From Planctomycetota bacterium (lineage in GTDB: Bacteria; Planctomycetota; UBA1135; UBA2386), in the NCBI GenBank assembly GCA_965228735.1, contig OZ245838.1:6304001-6368000 (forward strand): a DNA stretch of 64,000 bases, written 5' to 3'. The notes below the pieces were generated by a model. It was not told the DNA's origin, ran no database searches, and was given only the letters and a program-made list of their open reading frames with translations. The translations under genes and the position numbers were made by a program. Below, one piece after another: positions 1 through 10,328 of this stretch; the first letter of the stretch is position 1, and each line of letters starts with the position of its first letter.

Positions 1-344
1 ACTTCTGCGTGCGGCAGGACGGCCGATCGGCTGGCCGCGACAGCACCGGCCGCGCCAAGCAGCTCGGGCAAGGCCTCGATCGCTGCCTCGCGGAGGACGA
101 CAAGGCCGTCTCACCCGCCGAGATCTGGGGCGTGCTGTCCAACGTCGAGCGTGGCGGCGGCCGGCGGTTCGGCACCCTGCACTCGCTCGTGTTCCGCCAC
201 GAGCCGTGGTGCTTCGAACTGCGCATCGGCACGCTCGACGACAACGGCCGCATCGTCGCAGCGACCGCGAGCGAGCGGCGGTTCGAACTGACGCGCGAAC
301 AGATCTTCGGCCCCGAAGACGCCCTCCCGGGCACGAGTCGCTGA
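1..344 (+). CDS. Hypothetical protein, 3' part (probably begins before the window)
   Basis: Open frame with GC3-rich codons ending in TGA at 342-344, convergent with the next gene; no recognisable motif. Confidence 0.5.
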   Translation, partial: FCVRQDGRSAGRDSTGRAKQLGQGLDRCLAEDDKAVSPAEIWGVLSNVERGGGRRFGTLHSLVFRHEPWCFELRIGTLDDNGRIVAATASERRFELTREQIFGPEDALPGTSR

Positions 345-388
345 CGGGGTTGTGGTTGGTGCCTGGCACCGTACACAACCCCGCTCGC

Positions 389-2380
389 TCAGAAGGACCC
401 TGTCAGCAGGGCGAGGGCGTCGGATACGACGGCGCCCAGAGCGTTCGTTCCCGGGTCGAGCACGAGGGCCTGGACGTAGAAGTTCACGCCGGCAAACGTC
501 CCGTTGTTCGGCAGGGAGATCGCGTGTTGCGCGATGCCGCCGGTACCGATCAGGATGACGTTCGCGTCCGGGCTGGCGTGGCCGGTGCAACCCGGGGCTC
601 CGAGGCTCGCGAGCGATAGCGGCAGCGGGCCGAACGGCGACGTCGTGTTCGACAGGCCGATCATCAGGAAGCCGACGTTGGTCGGCATGTTGTCCAGTTC
701 GACCGTCGTGGTCGTGCCGAGCTGCGGCCGGCTCGTGCCCACGGGCTGCAGCGTCGGAACGCCGAGTGAGCCGGCGCAGCCCGGCGCGTAGAACGTGATG
801 CTGCCCTGCGGGAAGGAGTTCTCCCTGAGGTAGTGCAGCTCGCCGACCCACTGCCGCGGCGCGAACTGCGGCGCGACGGTGAACGGTCCGTTCGGGACCC
901 ACGCGGCGGCGACCGGGGTGAGCGTGAGGTCAGCGTTGCTGATCGGAGCGCTCGCGTTGAGGTAATACGCGGAGTTGCCGTTGTGATAGATGCCGACGCC
1001 GTAGCTCCTGCCCGGCAGCAGCAGGATCGGGCGGTCGAGCACGACGCGCGCGGGCACGTTGGCGCCCGGCGTGATGCCCGTGGCGGTGGCGACGCGGCGC
1101 CACGCATCCGGGTTGGTCTCCTTCCCGAGCGCGCTGCCGTCGGTCAGGAACACCTCGATGGCCATCGGGTTGCCGGCCGGCGTGTAGCTGTTGCAGTCGA
1201 TCGCGCAGATCGACAGCGCTTCGGTCGCGTTCACCGTGAGGTCGAACATCACGACGCCGAACTCGTTGATGAAGCTCGCGGCGTTGTAGCCGCCCGTCGA
1301 CAGGCTGTCGCTCGCGATCGTGACGCGGCGGGTTCGGGACGACGTGCGGCAGCCGTTCGTCACCGTGAGCGTCGCCGCGTAGCTCCCGGGGCCGTAGGTC
1401 GTGAGCGGGTTCTGCAGCGTCGAGTCGACGTTGCCGTCGCTGTCGAAGTCCCACGCCCATGACAGCGGCGTGCCCGTGCTCTGGTCGGTGAACTGTACGT
1501 TGAGCGTCGGTGCCGGACCGGTGTTCGGGCTCGGATCGAAATCCGCCACGAGCGGGTCGATGCTCATGAGATCGGGCCAGACCACCGAGGTCGAGCCCGC
1601 CGCAGTCGTCACCGTGAGTCGCACCGAGTAGTCCCCGCAGGTGGCGTAGGTGAACGCCGGATTCTGCAGCGTCGAGTCGACCGTGCCGTCGTCCTCGAAG
1701 TCCCACGCCCAGCCCGTGATCGCCCCGCTCGCCGCCGTCGATAGGTCGCGGAACTGGACCAGGTGCGGGCTCGCGCCGGTCGGCTCACTGGCGGTGAAGT
1801 CGGCCTCGTCGCTCGTCGCGGGCGCGTAGTGCACGCGCACGTTCGCCTCACGTGGCGAGAACACGGTCGAGACGAACGGCTCGTTCTGCGCGGAGCCTGG
1901 CGTGATCGTCAGGTCACCGTTGGCGGATGGCGTCGAGTTGTTGCTGTAGCGCGTGGCCGCGCCGTGGTAGAGCACCGCGACGCCGTAGCTGCCGGGGGCG
2001 AGCACGAACGGCTTGTCGAGGATCGCGACCGTCGGGTTGTCGCGGCCGGCCGTGAACATGGTTGCGCGGCCGCGCAGCATCCACGTTCCCGGCGCCGGGC
2101 CGACGAGGTTGCCGACGTGTGAGACGCCCGCCGCGGTGGTGTAGACCGAGATGCTCGCCGGCGTCGCGCGCGGGTTCTGGCAGTTCACGTCGAAGCGGTG
2201 GATCGAGAGTCCCGCCGGGTTGGTCACGGTGACGTCGAAGTAGACCGCGCCGCCGACGCTGCCGCCGTTGTTGCTCGTGAAGGTCGTCGTGAGCGACTGC
2301 GCGGCGAGCGACGGGATGAGCAGGGCGAGCAGCAGAGCGAATCGGGCGCGGAGGCAAACGAGAGTGGCAGCCTGCAACAT
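389..2380 (-). CDS. Secreted protein: beta-sandwich repeat + 2 PKD domains + beta-sandwich repeat + shared C-terminal domain
   Basis: Signal peptide ending SLAA|QS; two PKD motifs (W(A)WDF..DG.VDST.QNP...Y...G.Y...LTVT); GAGGAG SD upstream; C-terminus FYAPGCAG...QALVLDPGTNALGAVVSDA. Confidence 0.85.
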   Translation of the reverse strand: MLQAATLVCLRARFALLLALLIPSLAAQSLTTTFTSNNGGSVGGAVYFDVTVTNPAGLSIHRFDVNCQNPRATPASISVYTTAAGVSHVGNLVGPAPGTWMLRGRATMFTAGRDNPTVAILDKPFVLAPGSYGVAVLYHGAATRYSNNSTPSANGDLTITPGSAQNEPFVSTVFSPREANVRVHYAPATSDEADFTASEPTGASPHLVQFRDLSTAASGAITGWAWDFEDDGTVDSTLQNPAFTYATCGDYSVRLTVTTAAGSTSVVWPDLMSIDPLVADFDPSPNTGPAPTLNVQFTDQSTGTPLSWAWDFDSDGNVDSTLQNPLTTYGPGSYAATLTVTNGCRTSSRTRRVTIASDSLSTGGYNAASFINEFGVVMFDLTVNATEALSICAIDCNSYTPAGNPMAIEVFLTDGSALGKETNPDAWRRVATATGITPGANVPARVVLDRPILLLPGRSYGVGIYHNGNSAYYLNASAPISNADLTLTPVAAAWVPNGPFTVAPQFAPRQWVGELHYLRENSFPQGSITFYAPGCAGSLGVPTLQPVGTSRPQLGTTTTVELDNMPTNVGFLMIGLSNTTSPFGPLPLSLASLGAPGCTGHASPDANVILIGTGGIAQHAISLPNNGTFAGVNFYVQALVLDPGTNALGAVVSDALALLTGSF

Positions 2381-2527
2381 GGTGGTTCTCCTCGGTTCCG
2401 GGTGTGGCGCCGCGGCGCGGCGATCCAGGGTCTCGCAGGATACGGCGGGACGGGGTCGGCTGCAGGGGGGGGCGCGGCGATCTTGCCCCTCGACCTCCCT
2501 GGCGAGACCGGTAACCTACCCCGCTCG

Positions 2528-3481
2528 ATGGCCGACCGATCATTGCAACAAGCCGCCAAGGGCCTCGGTTGGGGCGCGTTCCTCGCTGGCCTGATCCCGG
2601 GGCTCCTGCAGTTCCAACTCGGTCAGAAACCGCGCGCCGTCATGGCGTTCGTCAGCTGCACCGTGGTGTTCTTCGCCGGGTGGGTGATCGTCGGCGAACG
2701 GCTCTTCTACTGGAGCCTCGTCGTGCCGGACGCGAGCACGGACATCGTGCGCGGCATGGCGCGGGTCGGCTTCCCGCTCACGCTGCCCGAGCTGCTCAAC
2801 GTGCCGGCCAACGCGCTCGGCGCGATCCTCGCGTTCGACGGTTCGCCGAGCGGCGAGCGGCTCTGGCGCGCGCCACGCGACTTCGAGCACATCGCCGGCT
2901 GGTTGACCGCTGCGAGCGGCATGCTCGCCGCCTTCTGGGCGGCCGCGGCACAATGGCAGCTCCGACTGCGTCGCGACGGCAAGGAGAGCTCGCCGGCGCC
3001 CGTCGCCGATCCGGCGCTGTGCGCAGCGCTGTCGTGGGTCGTGCCCGGACTCGGGCACGCCAAGGCCGGGCAGAAGGACAAGGGCCTGCTCATGGCGGGC
3101 GCGGTCGTCATCGTCTTTGCGATGGGGCTGCTGTTCTCGCAAGGCCACGCCGTCGACCGGGCGACCGCGTCCGTGTGGTGGATGGGGCAGAACCTGTTCG
3201 GCGGCGGCACGCTGTTCGCCGCGCTCGTGACCGGGCCGATGCAGATGGAGGCCGCGCCGCAGCACCTCGATCTCGGCGTCGTGCTCTGCACGGTCGCCGG
3301 TCTGATGAACCTCGTGGTCATGGTCGACGCCTACACGGTCGCCGAGCGCTCGGTGTTCCCGGTGAAGGGCAAGCCCGGCGGCGGTTCCGCCGTCGAGGAT
3401 CGCGCCGTCGACACCGCGCCGGTCGCGAGTGCCGCCACGGCCGAGGCCGTGACTGATGCGGCCAGTGGAGGAACGGCCTGA
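2528..3481 (+). CDS. Membrane protein with two tandem DUF6677-like halves
   Basis: Repeated motif LAGLIPGL.Q...GQK.RA / LSWVVPGLGH...GQK.KG and GLMNLVVMVDAY; multiple hydrophobic helices; ATG at 2528 preferred over the 2198 start. Confidence 0.7.
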   Translation: MADRSLQQAAKGLGWGAFLAGLIPGLLQFQLGQKPRAVMAFVSCTVVFFAGWVIVGERLFYWSLVVPDASTDIVRGMARVGFPLTLPELLNVPANALGAILAFDGSPSGERLWRAPRDFEHIAGWLTAASGMLAAFWAAAAQWQLRLRRDGKESSPAPVADPALCAALSWVVPGLGHAKAGQKDKGLLMAGAVVIVFAMGLLFSQGHAVDRATASVWWMGQNLFGGGTLFAALVTGPMQMEAAPQHLDLGVVLCTVAGLMNLVVMVDAYTVAERSVFPVKGKPGGGSAVEDRAVDTAPVASAATAEAVTDAASGGTA

Positions 3482-3675
3482 TGGACCTGCTCTTCCGCAT
3501 CGCGGTCTACGTGCCGGTCCTGTTCCTCATCGCGATCGTCGTCGTCGCGCAGAACCACGCGGATGCACGGGGCACCCTGCAGGAAGCCGTGAAGCGCACC
3601 GGCCGCTGGGTCTGGTGGAGCGTGCTGCTCGTCGCGTTCATGCTCGCGCTCGAGTTCCTGTTCATCGGCTTCTAG
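3481..3675 (+). CDS. Small 2-TM membrane protein (64 aa)
   Basis: ATG overlaps the upstream TGA, GGAGG SD, two hydrophobic segments. Confidence 0.7.
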   Translation: MDLLFRIAVYVPVLFLIAIVVVAQNHADARGTLQEAVKRTGRWVWWSVLLVAFMLALEFLFIGF

Positions 3676-3753
3676 TTGGTTCTTTCGGGGCGAACTGGCC
3701 GGCGGATGAGCAGTCGGTCGCAATAGTCCGGGGCTCCGTTCGCACCTGCCCGG

Positions 3754-4674
3754 ATGCGCCGTCGCTCCATCGTCCTGCTGACCGCAGCCGTCGGCCTCGG
3801 TGGGGCCGGGCTCGCTGCGGCCCTCGGCCTCTGGCTGCCGCTCGCCTCGCCCGTGCTCGCCAGCGTGCCGCCGCTCGCCGCGCCGCTGCGAACGGGCGCC
3901 GAGCACGACGCGCTCTACGGCCCGCCCGATGATCCGTCGGCCTACGTGATCGACGTGGCGGCGCCGAACCGAACCGCGGAACGTGCCGGCCACGCGCTCG
4001 TGCTCGGTCTGCGGCACACCAACGCCGAAGCGGCGCCCCAGATCGCGGAGCTGCGAACGCGTTTCGCCGGCTTCGAACCGACGCTCGTGCTCGTCGAGGG
4101 CCGGCTCGGGCTGCACTTCGGGTCCAGCTCGGGGCTGCTCGCGCGCTTCGGCGAGTCGGGCGAGGCCGTCGCGCTTGCCGCGGCTGCTGGCGTCCCCTTT
4201 CAGAGCCTCGAGCCCGATCGGGCGAGCGAGGTCGCGGACGCGGTCACGGCGTTCTCGCCGGCCGAGGTGCTGGCGTTCTACTTCCTGCGCGTCTTCACCA
4301 GCGAGCGCGGCAACAGCTGGCCCATCACCGAGCTCGAGAGCGAGGCCGCGCATCTGCTCGGCAAGCGCGGGTCGCGGACCGGGCTGGCCGACGCGTTGCC
4401 GGACCTCGCCGCGATGGACGCGTTCTGGCGTGAGCATCGGCCACAGGCCGCGCCCGCGGACTGGCGCGAGCTGCCGGCCAAGGCGCTGTGGCGCGATCCC
4501 GAGGGCACGTGGCTCGCGCGCCTGGCCGAGCACATCAACGGCTACCGTGACCGTCACTTCGTCGCGGCGATCGCGGCGGCCGTGGCGCGCGGCGAACGCG
4601 TCCTCGCGGTCTGCGGCAGCAGTCACGCGATCCTGTTCGAACCCGCGCTGCGCGCCGCGATCGCCGGGGGGTAG
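3754..4674 (+). CDS. Hypothetical exported or membrane-anchored protein
   Basis: N-terminal hydrophobic segment; globular-looking body with RDRHF...VLAVCGSSH (loosely TraB/GumN-like). Confidence 0.65.
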   Translation: MRRRSIVLLTAAVGLGGAGLAAALGLWLPLASPVLASVPPLAAPLRTGAEHDALYGPPDDPSAYVIDVAAPNRTAERAGHALVLGLRHTNAEAAPQIAELRTRFAGFEPTLVLVEGRLGLHFGSSSGLLARFGESGEAVALAAAAGVPFQSLEPDRASEVADAVTAFSPAEVLAFYFLRVFTSERGNSWPITELESEAAHLLGKRGSRTGLADALPDLAAMDAFWREHRPQAAPADWRELPAKALWRDPEGTWLARLAEHINGYRDRHFVAAIAAAVARGERVLAVCGSSHAILFEPALRAAIAGG

Positions 4675-4691
4675 CGGCCGCGGTCGACGCC

Positions 4692-5747
4692 TCACGTCGC
4701 GATCCAGACATCACCCGGCTGCCGCCGGATCACCCCGCGGCCCTCGAGTGCCAGCGTCACCCGCAGGAACGTGGCGCGGTCGAGGCCGCTCTCGCGATGC
4801 AGCAGGTCGCTCGGGCGCGCGCCGCGCCGCAGAACATCGAGCACGGCCTGCTCGTCGGCGCTCGCGGTGAGTGCGAGTGCGCGCCCCTGGCCCGCCACGC
4901 CGAGGTCGCGCAGCAGCGCTTCGGGGCCCTCGACGATGCCCGCGCCGTCCGCGATCAGTCGATGACAGCCCTGGCTGCGCTCGCTGTGGAACGGTCCGGG
5001 CAGCGCGAACACGTCCCGCCCGCAGTCGGCGGCGGCCGCGGCGGTGTGGAGCGCGCCCGACGTCAGGCTGGCCTCGATGACGAGCGTCGCCGCCGCGCCG
5101 GCGGCGAGGATTCGATTGCGCCGCACGAAGTGGCCGCGCCGCGCGCGGCGGCCGGGCGGCAGTTCGCTGACGACGCAGCCGCCGGTCCCGACGATCGCCT
5201 CGATCAGCCGCTCGTGTTCGCGCGGATAGACGTGGTCGAGTCCACCCGCGAGGACGGCGACCGTCGGCCGATCACCCTCGACCGCGGCGCGGTGCGCGAT
5301 CGCGTCGATGCCCCGAGCTAGCCCGCTCCACAGCACGACGCCGGCACGAACGAGCGCGCCCGCGAACTGTGTCGCGCCCTCGCGGCCGTAGCCGGTCGGG
5401 GTGCGGCTGCCAACGAATGCGACGGCGGGTTGGTGCGCCAGGGCCTCGAGGTCACCGCGGCAGAACAGCGTGAGCGGGCGGTTCGGCAGCAGCTGCAGCC
5501 CCGCCGGATACTCGGGCCGATCCGGCGTCAGCAACGCGAGGCCGAGACGCTCGGCATCGCGCCGCATTCGTGCAGCCGCCGAACCCAGGTCCGGATCGTG
5601 CAGCCGCCGCAGCACGCGCGGCGGGACCTCCGGCGGTCCTGGCGGGTCGGTCAACAGACGGCAGGGATCGGCCGTGGGGTCGAGCAGCGCGTCGACGGTG
5701 CCCTCGTCGAAGCCCTCGGCCACTGCTAGTTGCAGGTAGGCGTCCAC
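4692..5747 (-). CDS. dprA: DNA-processing protein DprA
   Basis: VAFVGSR, SGLARGIDAIAH, AVLAGGLD.VYP, F.RRNRI, SGALHTA motifs; GGAGG SD before GTG. Confidence 0.92.
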   Translation of the reverse strand: MDAYLQLAVAEGFDEGTVDALLDPTADPCRLLTDPPGPPEVPPRVLRRLHDPDLGSAAARMRRDAERLGLALLTPDRPEYPAGLQLLPNRPLTLFCRGDLEALAHQPAVAFVGSRTPTGYGREGATQFAGALVRAGVVLWSGLARGIDAIAHRAAVEGDRPTVAVLAGGLDHVYPREHERLIEAIVGTGGCVVSELPPGRRARRGHFVRRNRILAAGAAATLVIEASLTSGALHTAAAAADCGRDVFALPGPFHSERSQGCHRLIADGAGIVEGPEALLRDLGVAGQGRALALTASADEQAVLDVLRRGARPSDLLHRESGLDRATFLRVTLALEGRGVIRRQPGDVWIAT

Positions 5748-5890
5748 GCCTCCCTGTGGCGCGCAACTGGCCGTTGGTTACATCGTGCTCCGCGTTCCCA
5801 CGCCCCCTGTACGCAGAACGGGCGGCCCCACGTCCGCGGAGCCGCCCGTCCTGTAGTCGCCGTCGAGCGCGGGAGCGCTCCCTGGCGGCA

Positions 5891-8488
5891 CTACGACGAT
5901 TCGCCGTCGCCGTCCGAGCTGCTGTCGTCGTCGCCCGGCTCGTCGCCGGCGCTTTCACCGTCGGCCACCGCGGCCTTCGCCTTCGGCTTCTCCGGCTTGG
6001 CGGTCAGCACGAAGTCGACGTCGTCGTCCTTCATCGTCGCCTTGATGTCGTACGGCGTGTCGAGCTCGCCGCGCAGCATCTGCTCGCTGAGCGGATCCTC
6101 GAGGTGCTTCTCGATGCCGCGCTTGAGCGGCCGCGCACCGAAGTCCTCGGTGAACGACTTGTCGATGAGCCACTCGAGCACGTCCGGCTGGACCTCGAGG
6201 CTGTGACCCTTGTGGCGCAGGCGGTCGTTCACCTTCTCGAGCTCGTTGCCGACGATGCGCTGCATGTCGTCACGCGTGAGCTGGTTGAAGATGACGATCT
6301 CATCGAGGCGGTTGATGAACTCCGGCCGGAAGTGGCGCTCCACCTCGGCCATGATCATCTCGCGCATCTTGTCGTTGCCCTGGTCCTTGCCCGACTTGGC
6401 GAAGCCGAGACCCGCGCTGTTCTTGATCAGGTTGGCGCCGATGTTCGACGTCATGATCAGGACCACGTTGCGGAAGTCGATGTGGCGGCCGAACGAGTCG
6501 GTCAGGCGGCCCTCCTCCATGATCTGGAGGAGCATGTTGAAGATGTCCGGGTGCGCCTTCTCGATCTCGTCGAGCAGCACGACCGAGTACGGCCGCCGGC
6601 GCACCTTCTCGGTGAGCTGGCCGCCCTCCTCGTAGCCGACGTAGCCCGGAGGCGCGCCGACGAGTCGCGAGGCGTTGTACTTCTCCATGTACTCGGACAT
6701 GTCGATCTGGATGATCGCGTCCTCGCTGCCGAACATGAACTTGGCGAGGCACTTGCTCAGCCAGGTCTTGCCGACGCCCGAGGGGCCGAGGAAGACGAAC
6801 GAGCCCATCGGCCGGTTCGGATCCTTGAGGCCCGCGCGCGAACGGCGCACGGCCTTGGCGATCGCCGTGATCGCGGCCTCCTGATTGATGACGTCGCGCC
6901 CGAGTTCGTCCTCCATCTGGAGGAGGCGCTCCGCCTCCGCCTGGTCGAGGCGGTTGAGCGGGATGCCCGTCATCTTGGAGACGGTCTCGGCGATGACTTC
7001 CTCGTCGACCTCACCGCCCGACTCCTTGCTGTTCTCGCGCTCGCGCCACTCCTTCTGGATCTCTTCCTTCTTCTTGCCGAGCTTGAAGGCTTGATCGCGG
7101 AGGTCCGCGGCGCGCTCGAAGTCCTGACCCGCGACCGCTTCCTCCTTCTCCTTGTTGAGACGGGCGATCTCGTTGTCCATCTCGCGAAGGTCGGGCGGCG
7201 CCGTCATCGACTTGATGCGGATGCGCGCGCCGGCTTCGTCGATCACGTCGATCGCCTTGTCCGGCAGGAAGCGGCCCGTGATGTAGCGCGTCGACAGCTC
7301 GACGGCGGCCTGCAGCGCGTCCTCCGTGAACGTGACGCGGTGGTGGGCCTCGTACTTGTCGCGCAGACCCTTGAGGATCTCGACGGCCTGCTCGGGCGTC
7401 GGCGGCTCGACGTTGACGGTCTGGAAGCGGCGCTCGAGCGCGCCGTCCTTCTCGATGTACTTACGGTACTCGTCGAGCGTCGTCGCGCCGATGCACTGCA
7501 CCTCGCCGCGCGAGAGCGCCGGCTTGAGCACGTTGCTCGCGTCGATCGCACCCTCGGCGCCGCCCGCACCGACGAGCGTGTGCAGTTCGTCGATGAAGAG
7601 CACGACGTCCTTGGCGCGGCGCACTTCGGTCATGACCGCCTTGATGCGCTCCTCGAACTGGCCGCGGTACTTCGTCCCGGCGACCATCATCGCGAGGTCG
7701 AGCACGACGAGGCGCTTGCGCCGCAGGATCTCGGGCACGGTGCCCTTGACGATCTGCTGGGCGAGCCCTTCGACGATGGCCGTCTTGCCGACGCCGGCTT
7801 CGCCGAGCAGCACCGGGTTGTTCTTGGTGCGGCGCGACAGGATCTGGATGACGCGCTCGATCTCCTGGTCCCGCCCGATCACGGGATCGAGCTTGCCGTC
7901 CTTCGCCAGCTCGGTGAGATCGCGGCCGAACGAGTCGAGCGCCGGCGTCTTGCTCTTGCCCTGCGAGCTGCCCTGGCGCGAGCTCGAACCCTCGGAGGAG
8001 CCGCCGCCGATGGACTCGCCACCCTCGCTGTCGTCCTCGTTGTTGTGTTCGGACGCGCCGAGGAACTCGAGGACCTCCTCGCGGACCTCGTCGAGCTTGA
8101 CGCCGAGGTTCATCAGCACCTGCGCGGCGATGCCCTCGTTCTCGCGGATCAGGCCGAGCAGCAGGTGCTCCGTCCCGATGTAGTTGTGGCTGAGCTGCGA
8201 GGCCTCCTCCATGGAGAGCTCGAGCACCTTCTTGGCCCGTGGCGTGAACGGCAGCTGGCCCATGGTGACCATCGAGGGGCCCGTCTTGACGATCTTCTCC
8301 ACCTCGTGGCGGATCTTCTCGAGATCGACGGTCATGTTCTTGAGCACGTTGGCGGCGACGCCGCTGCCTTCCTGGACCAATCCGAGGAGGATGTGCTCGG
8401 TCCCGATGTACTCGTGGTTGAACTTCATCGCCTCTTGGCGAGCGAAGCTCATGACCTTCTTGGCGCGGTCGGTGAAGCGATCAAACAT
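5891..8488 (-). CDS. clpC: ATP-dependent Clp protease ATP-binding subunit ClpC
   Basis: [10 protein letters not shown]-domain, two Walker A motifs ([16 protein letters not shown]), UVR coiled coil, LGF loop. Confidence 0.97.
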   Translation of the reverse strand: MFDRFTDRAKKVMSFARQEAMKFNHEYIGTEHILLGLVQEGSGVAANVLKNMTVDLEKIRHEVEKIVKTGPSMVTMGQLPFTPRAKKVLELSMEEASQLSHNYIGTEHLLLGLIRENEGIAAQVLMNLGVKLDEVREEVLEFLGASEHNNEDDSEGGESIGGGSSEGSSSRQGSSQGKSKTPALDSFGRDLTELAKDGKLDPVIGRDQEIERVIQILSRRTKNNPVLLGEAGVGKTAIVEGLAQQIVKGTVPEILRRKRLVVLDLAMMVAGTKYRGQFEERIKAVMTEVRRAKDVVLFIDELHTLVGAGGAEGAIDASNVLKPALSRGEVQCIGATTLDEYRKYIEKDGALERRFQTVNVEPPTPEQAVEILKGLRDKYEAHHRVTFTEDALQAAVELSTRYITGRFLPDKAIDVIDEAGARIRIKSMTAPPDLREMDNEIARLNKEKEEAVAGQDFERAADLRDQAFKLGKKKEEIQKEWRERENSKESGGEVDEEVIAETVSKMTGIPLNRLDQAEAERLLQMEDELGRDVINQEAAITAIAKAVRRSRAGLKDPNRPMGSFVFLGPSGVGKTWLSKCLAKFMFGSEDAIIQIDMSEYMEKYNASRLVGAPPGYVGYEEGGQLTEKVRRRPYSVVLLDEIEKAHPDIFNMLLQIMEEGRLTDSFGRHIDFRNVVLIMTSNIGANLIKNSAGLGFAKSGKDQGNDKMREMIMAEVERHFRPEFINRLDEIVIFNQLTRDDMQRIVGNELEKVNDRLRHKGHSLEVQPDVLEWLIDKSFTEDFGARPLKRGIEKHLEDPLSEQMLRGELDTPYDIKATMKDDDVDFVLTAKPEKPKAKAAVADGESAGDEPGDDDSSSDGDGESS

Positions 8489-8711
8489 GCTGTTGTGGTC
8501 TCCGCAGGGCCCGGGTGGCTCTGGTCTCTAGATCGGTTACCTGCGGTATAGGATTTACCCGGTTTGGAGATCCAGATGCGAAGGGCAAGACGGGGGTTTT
8601 TCGGCCGTTTACGGCCACCGCCTTGAATCTGCGGTTTCGGCAGTCTCGGGGCGCTTCGGGTTTACCCCTTGTCCCCTTGGGCAGGCCCGGGCTGGCGGTG
8701 TGACGGCGCCC

Positions 8712-9797
8712 TCAGAGGTCGACCCGCAGGATCTCGCGCACGAGCCGCGCGCGGCGCTCGTCACGGGCCTCGGCGTCGAGCCGCTGGCGCGAATCGCGCT
8801 GCAGGTGGCCGGGCTGCGACATCAGCAGCGCGCGGTTCACGTCGGCGACGGCGAACCCCGACAGGATCTCCTCCTCGAGCCCGAACCGCAGCGCCGAGAG
8901 GCAGCCCAGACACTCCTCGCTCGTGAGGATCTGGGCGCGCTCGATCGTGCCGAGGGCGCGGTGGATGCGGTCGAGGGTGCGGGCCCGGGCCGCGCCGCGC
9001 AGCAGCGCCTGGCGCACTTCGCGCTCCCACGTGACGAGGCGGCCGACCGCGAGGTTGACGTCGTCGAGGATCTGCTGCTCGTCGCGGCCGAGCGTGATCT
9101 GATTGCTGACCTGGTAGAAGTCGCCGAGCGCCCGGCTGCCTTCGCCGTAGAGCCCGCGGACCGCGAGGTGGATCTTCTGCGCCACGTTGGTCGCGCGCTC
9201 GATGTCGTCGGACCACACGAGGCCCGGCAGGTGCAGCATCACGGAGACGCGCAGACCCGTGCCCGTGTTGGTCGGACACGACGTCTGGAAGCCGAACTCC
9301 TCGGACCACGCGATCGGCAGCCGTTGGATCAGCGCATCGTCGAGCCTCTCCGCGCGCTGCCAGGCGCCAGCGAGGTCGAGGCCGGACTCGAACACCTGCA
9401 TGCGCAGATGGTCCTCCTCGTTGACCATGATCGCGACGCTCTCCTTGGTGTCGATCGCAGCCGCGCGCGGGCGTCGGCTCGACGCGAGATCGCGGCTGAT
9501 GAGGTGACGCTCGACGAGCACCGAACGGTCGAGTTCGTCGATCGAATCGAGGTCGACGACCGCGAGGCTCTCCGGCAGGCCGGGCTTCTGCAGCCGGTCG
9601 ATGACGAAGTCGCACAGCCGGCGCGCCTCGCCCTCCTCGAGCCGGGGGGTGAAGTGGTAGCCGACGAGGTTGCGGGCGAGCCGCACGCGCGTGCAGATCG
9701 CGATGTCGCTGTCGGGGCCGGTGCCGCGCAGCCACGCGCCGCCGTCGAACTCCGAACCGCCCTCGAAGTCGGCGCCGCGCTCTCGGCGATCGCTCAC
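8712..9797 (-). CDS. mcsB: Protein arginine kinase McsB
   Basis: TRVRLARN, VNEEDHLR, TSCPTNTGTGLR, VRGLYGEGS; GTG start overlaps the mcsA stop. Confidence 0.93.
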   Translation of the reverse strand: MSDRRERGADFEGGSEFDGGAWLRGTGPDSDIAICTRVRLARNLVGYHFTPRLEEGEARRLCDFVIDRLQKPGLPESLAVVDLDSIDELDRSVLVERHLISRDLASSRRPRAAAIDTKESVAIMVNEEDHLRMQVFESGLDLAGAWQRAERLDDALIQRLPIAWSEEFGFQTSCPTNTGTGLRVSVMLHLPGLVWSDDIERATNVAQKIHLAVRGLYGEGSRALGDFYQVSNQITLGRDEQQILDDVNLAVGRLVTWEREVRQALLRGAARARTLDRIHRALGTIERAQILTSEECLGCLSALRFGLEEEILSGFAVADVNRALLMSQPGHLQRDSRQRLDAEARDERRARLVREILRVDL

Positions 9798-10315
9798 GAC
9801 GACGCGCCTCCCTGCTCGAGTCGCCGCAGATCGTCGCGCAGTTGCGCGGCCTCTTCGTAGCGTTCGCCGCGAACCGCGTCCTCGAGCTTCTGCCGCAACT
9901 CCGTCAGGTCCTGCTCGTTGCTCGGGGGCGGCGCGGACGCGAGGTGGCCGGGCAGGCGACCGCGGTGGCTCTGCGACTCGTGGATGCGCTGCAGCAGCGG
10001 CAACAGGTCGTTGCGCCACGTGTCGTAGCAGCGGGGGCAGCCGAGCCGTCCCTTGTTGCGGAACTCGCTGACGCTCATCGCGCACCCGGGGCATGCGTCG
10101 GCCTGGTGGCGCGGGGCCGACTGCGTGCTCTTCATGCCGCCGAGCAGATCCTCGAGGATCTCGGCCGAGAACTTCGGCGGCGCCTTGGGCTGCGCGAGAC
10201 CGAGCTGCTCCGCGCAGTTCTGGCAGAGGTGCTGCGAGCTGGACACGGCACCTTCGTCGAGGTCCAGGATGACGACCGAGGCGATCGCCGTCTGGCATGC
10301 GGAGCAGTACTGCAT
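9794..10315 (-). CDS. mcsA: McsA, protein arginine kinase activator
   Basis: Four CxxC motifs (CSAC, CQNC, CPGC, CPRC), IH...H.G..P, C-terminal UVR motif (E.YEEAA.LRD); upstream of mcsB-clpC. Confidence 0.92.
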   Translation of the reverse strand: MQYCSACQTAIASVVILDLDEGAVSSSQHLCQNCAEQLGLAQPKAPPKFSAEILEDLLGGMKSTQSAPRHQADACPGCAMSVSEFRNKGRLGCPRCYDTWRNDLLPLLQRIHESQSHRGRLPGHLASAPPPSNEQDLTELRQKLEDAVRGERYEEAAQLRDDLRRLEQGGASS

Positions 10316-10328
10316 CGGTGGACTCACA

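Noticed and set aside
5570..8551. 993-aa ORF antisense to clpC, and similar long shadow ORFs (22718-26587, 10053-12059, 57139-60066, 35762-37972)
   Set aside because: They mirror well-supported genes on the other strand; stop-poor frames are expected at this GC content, and they show no motifs.
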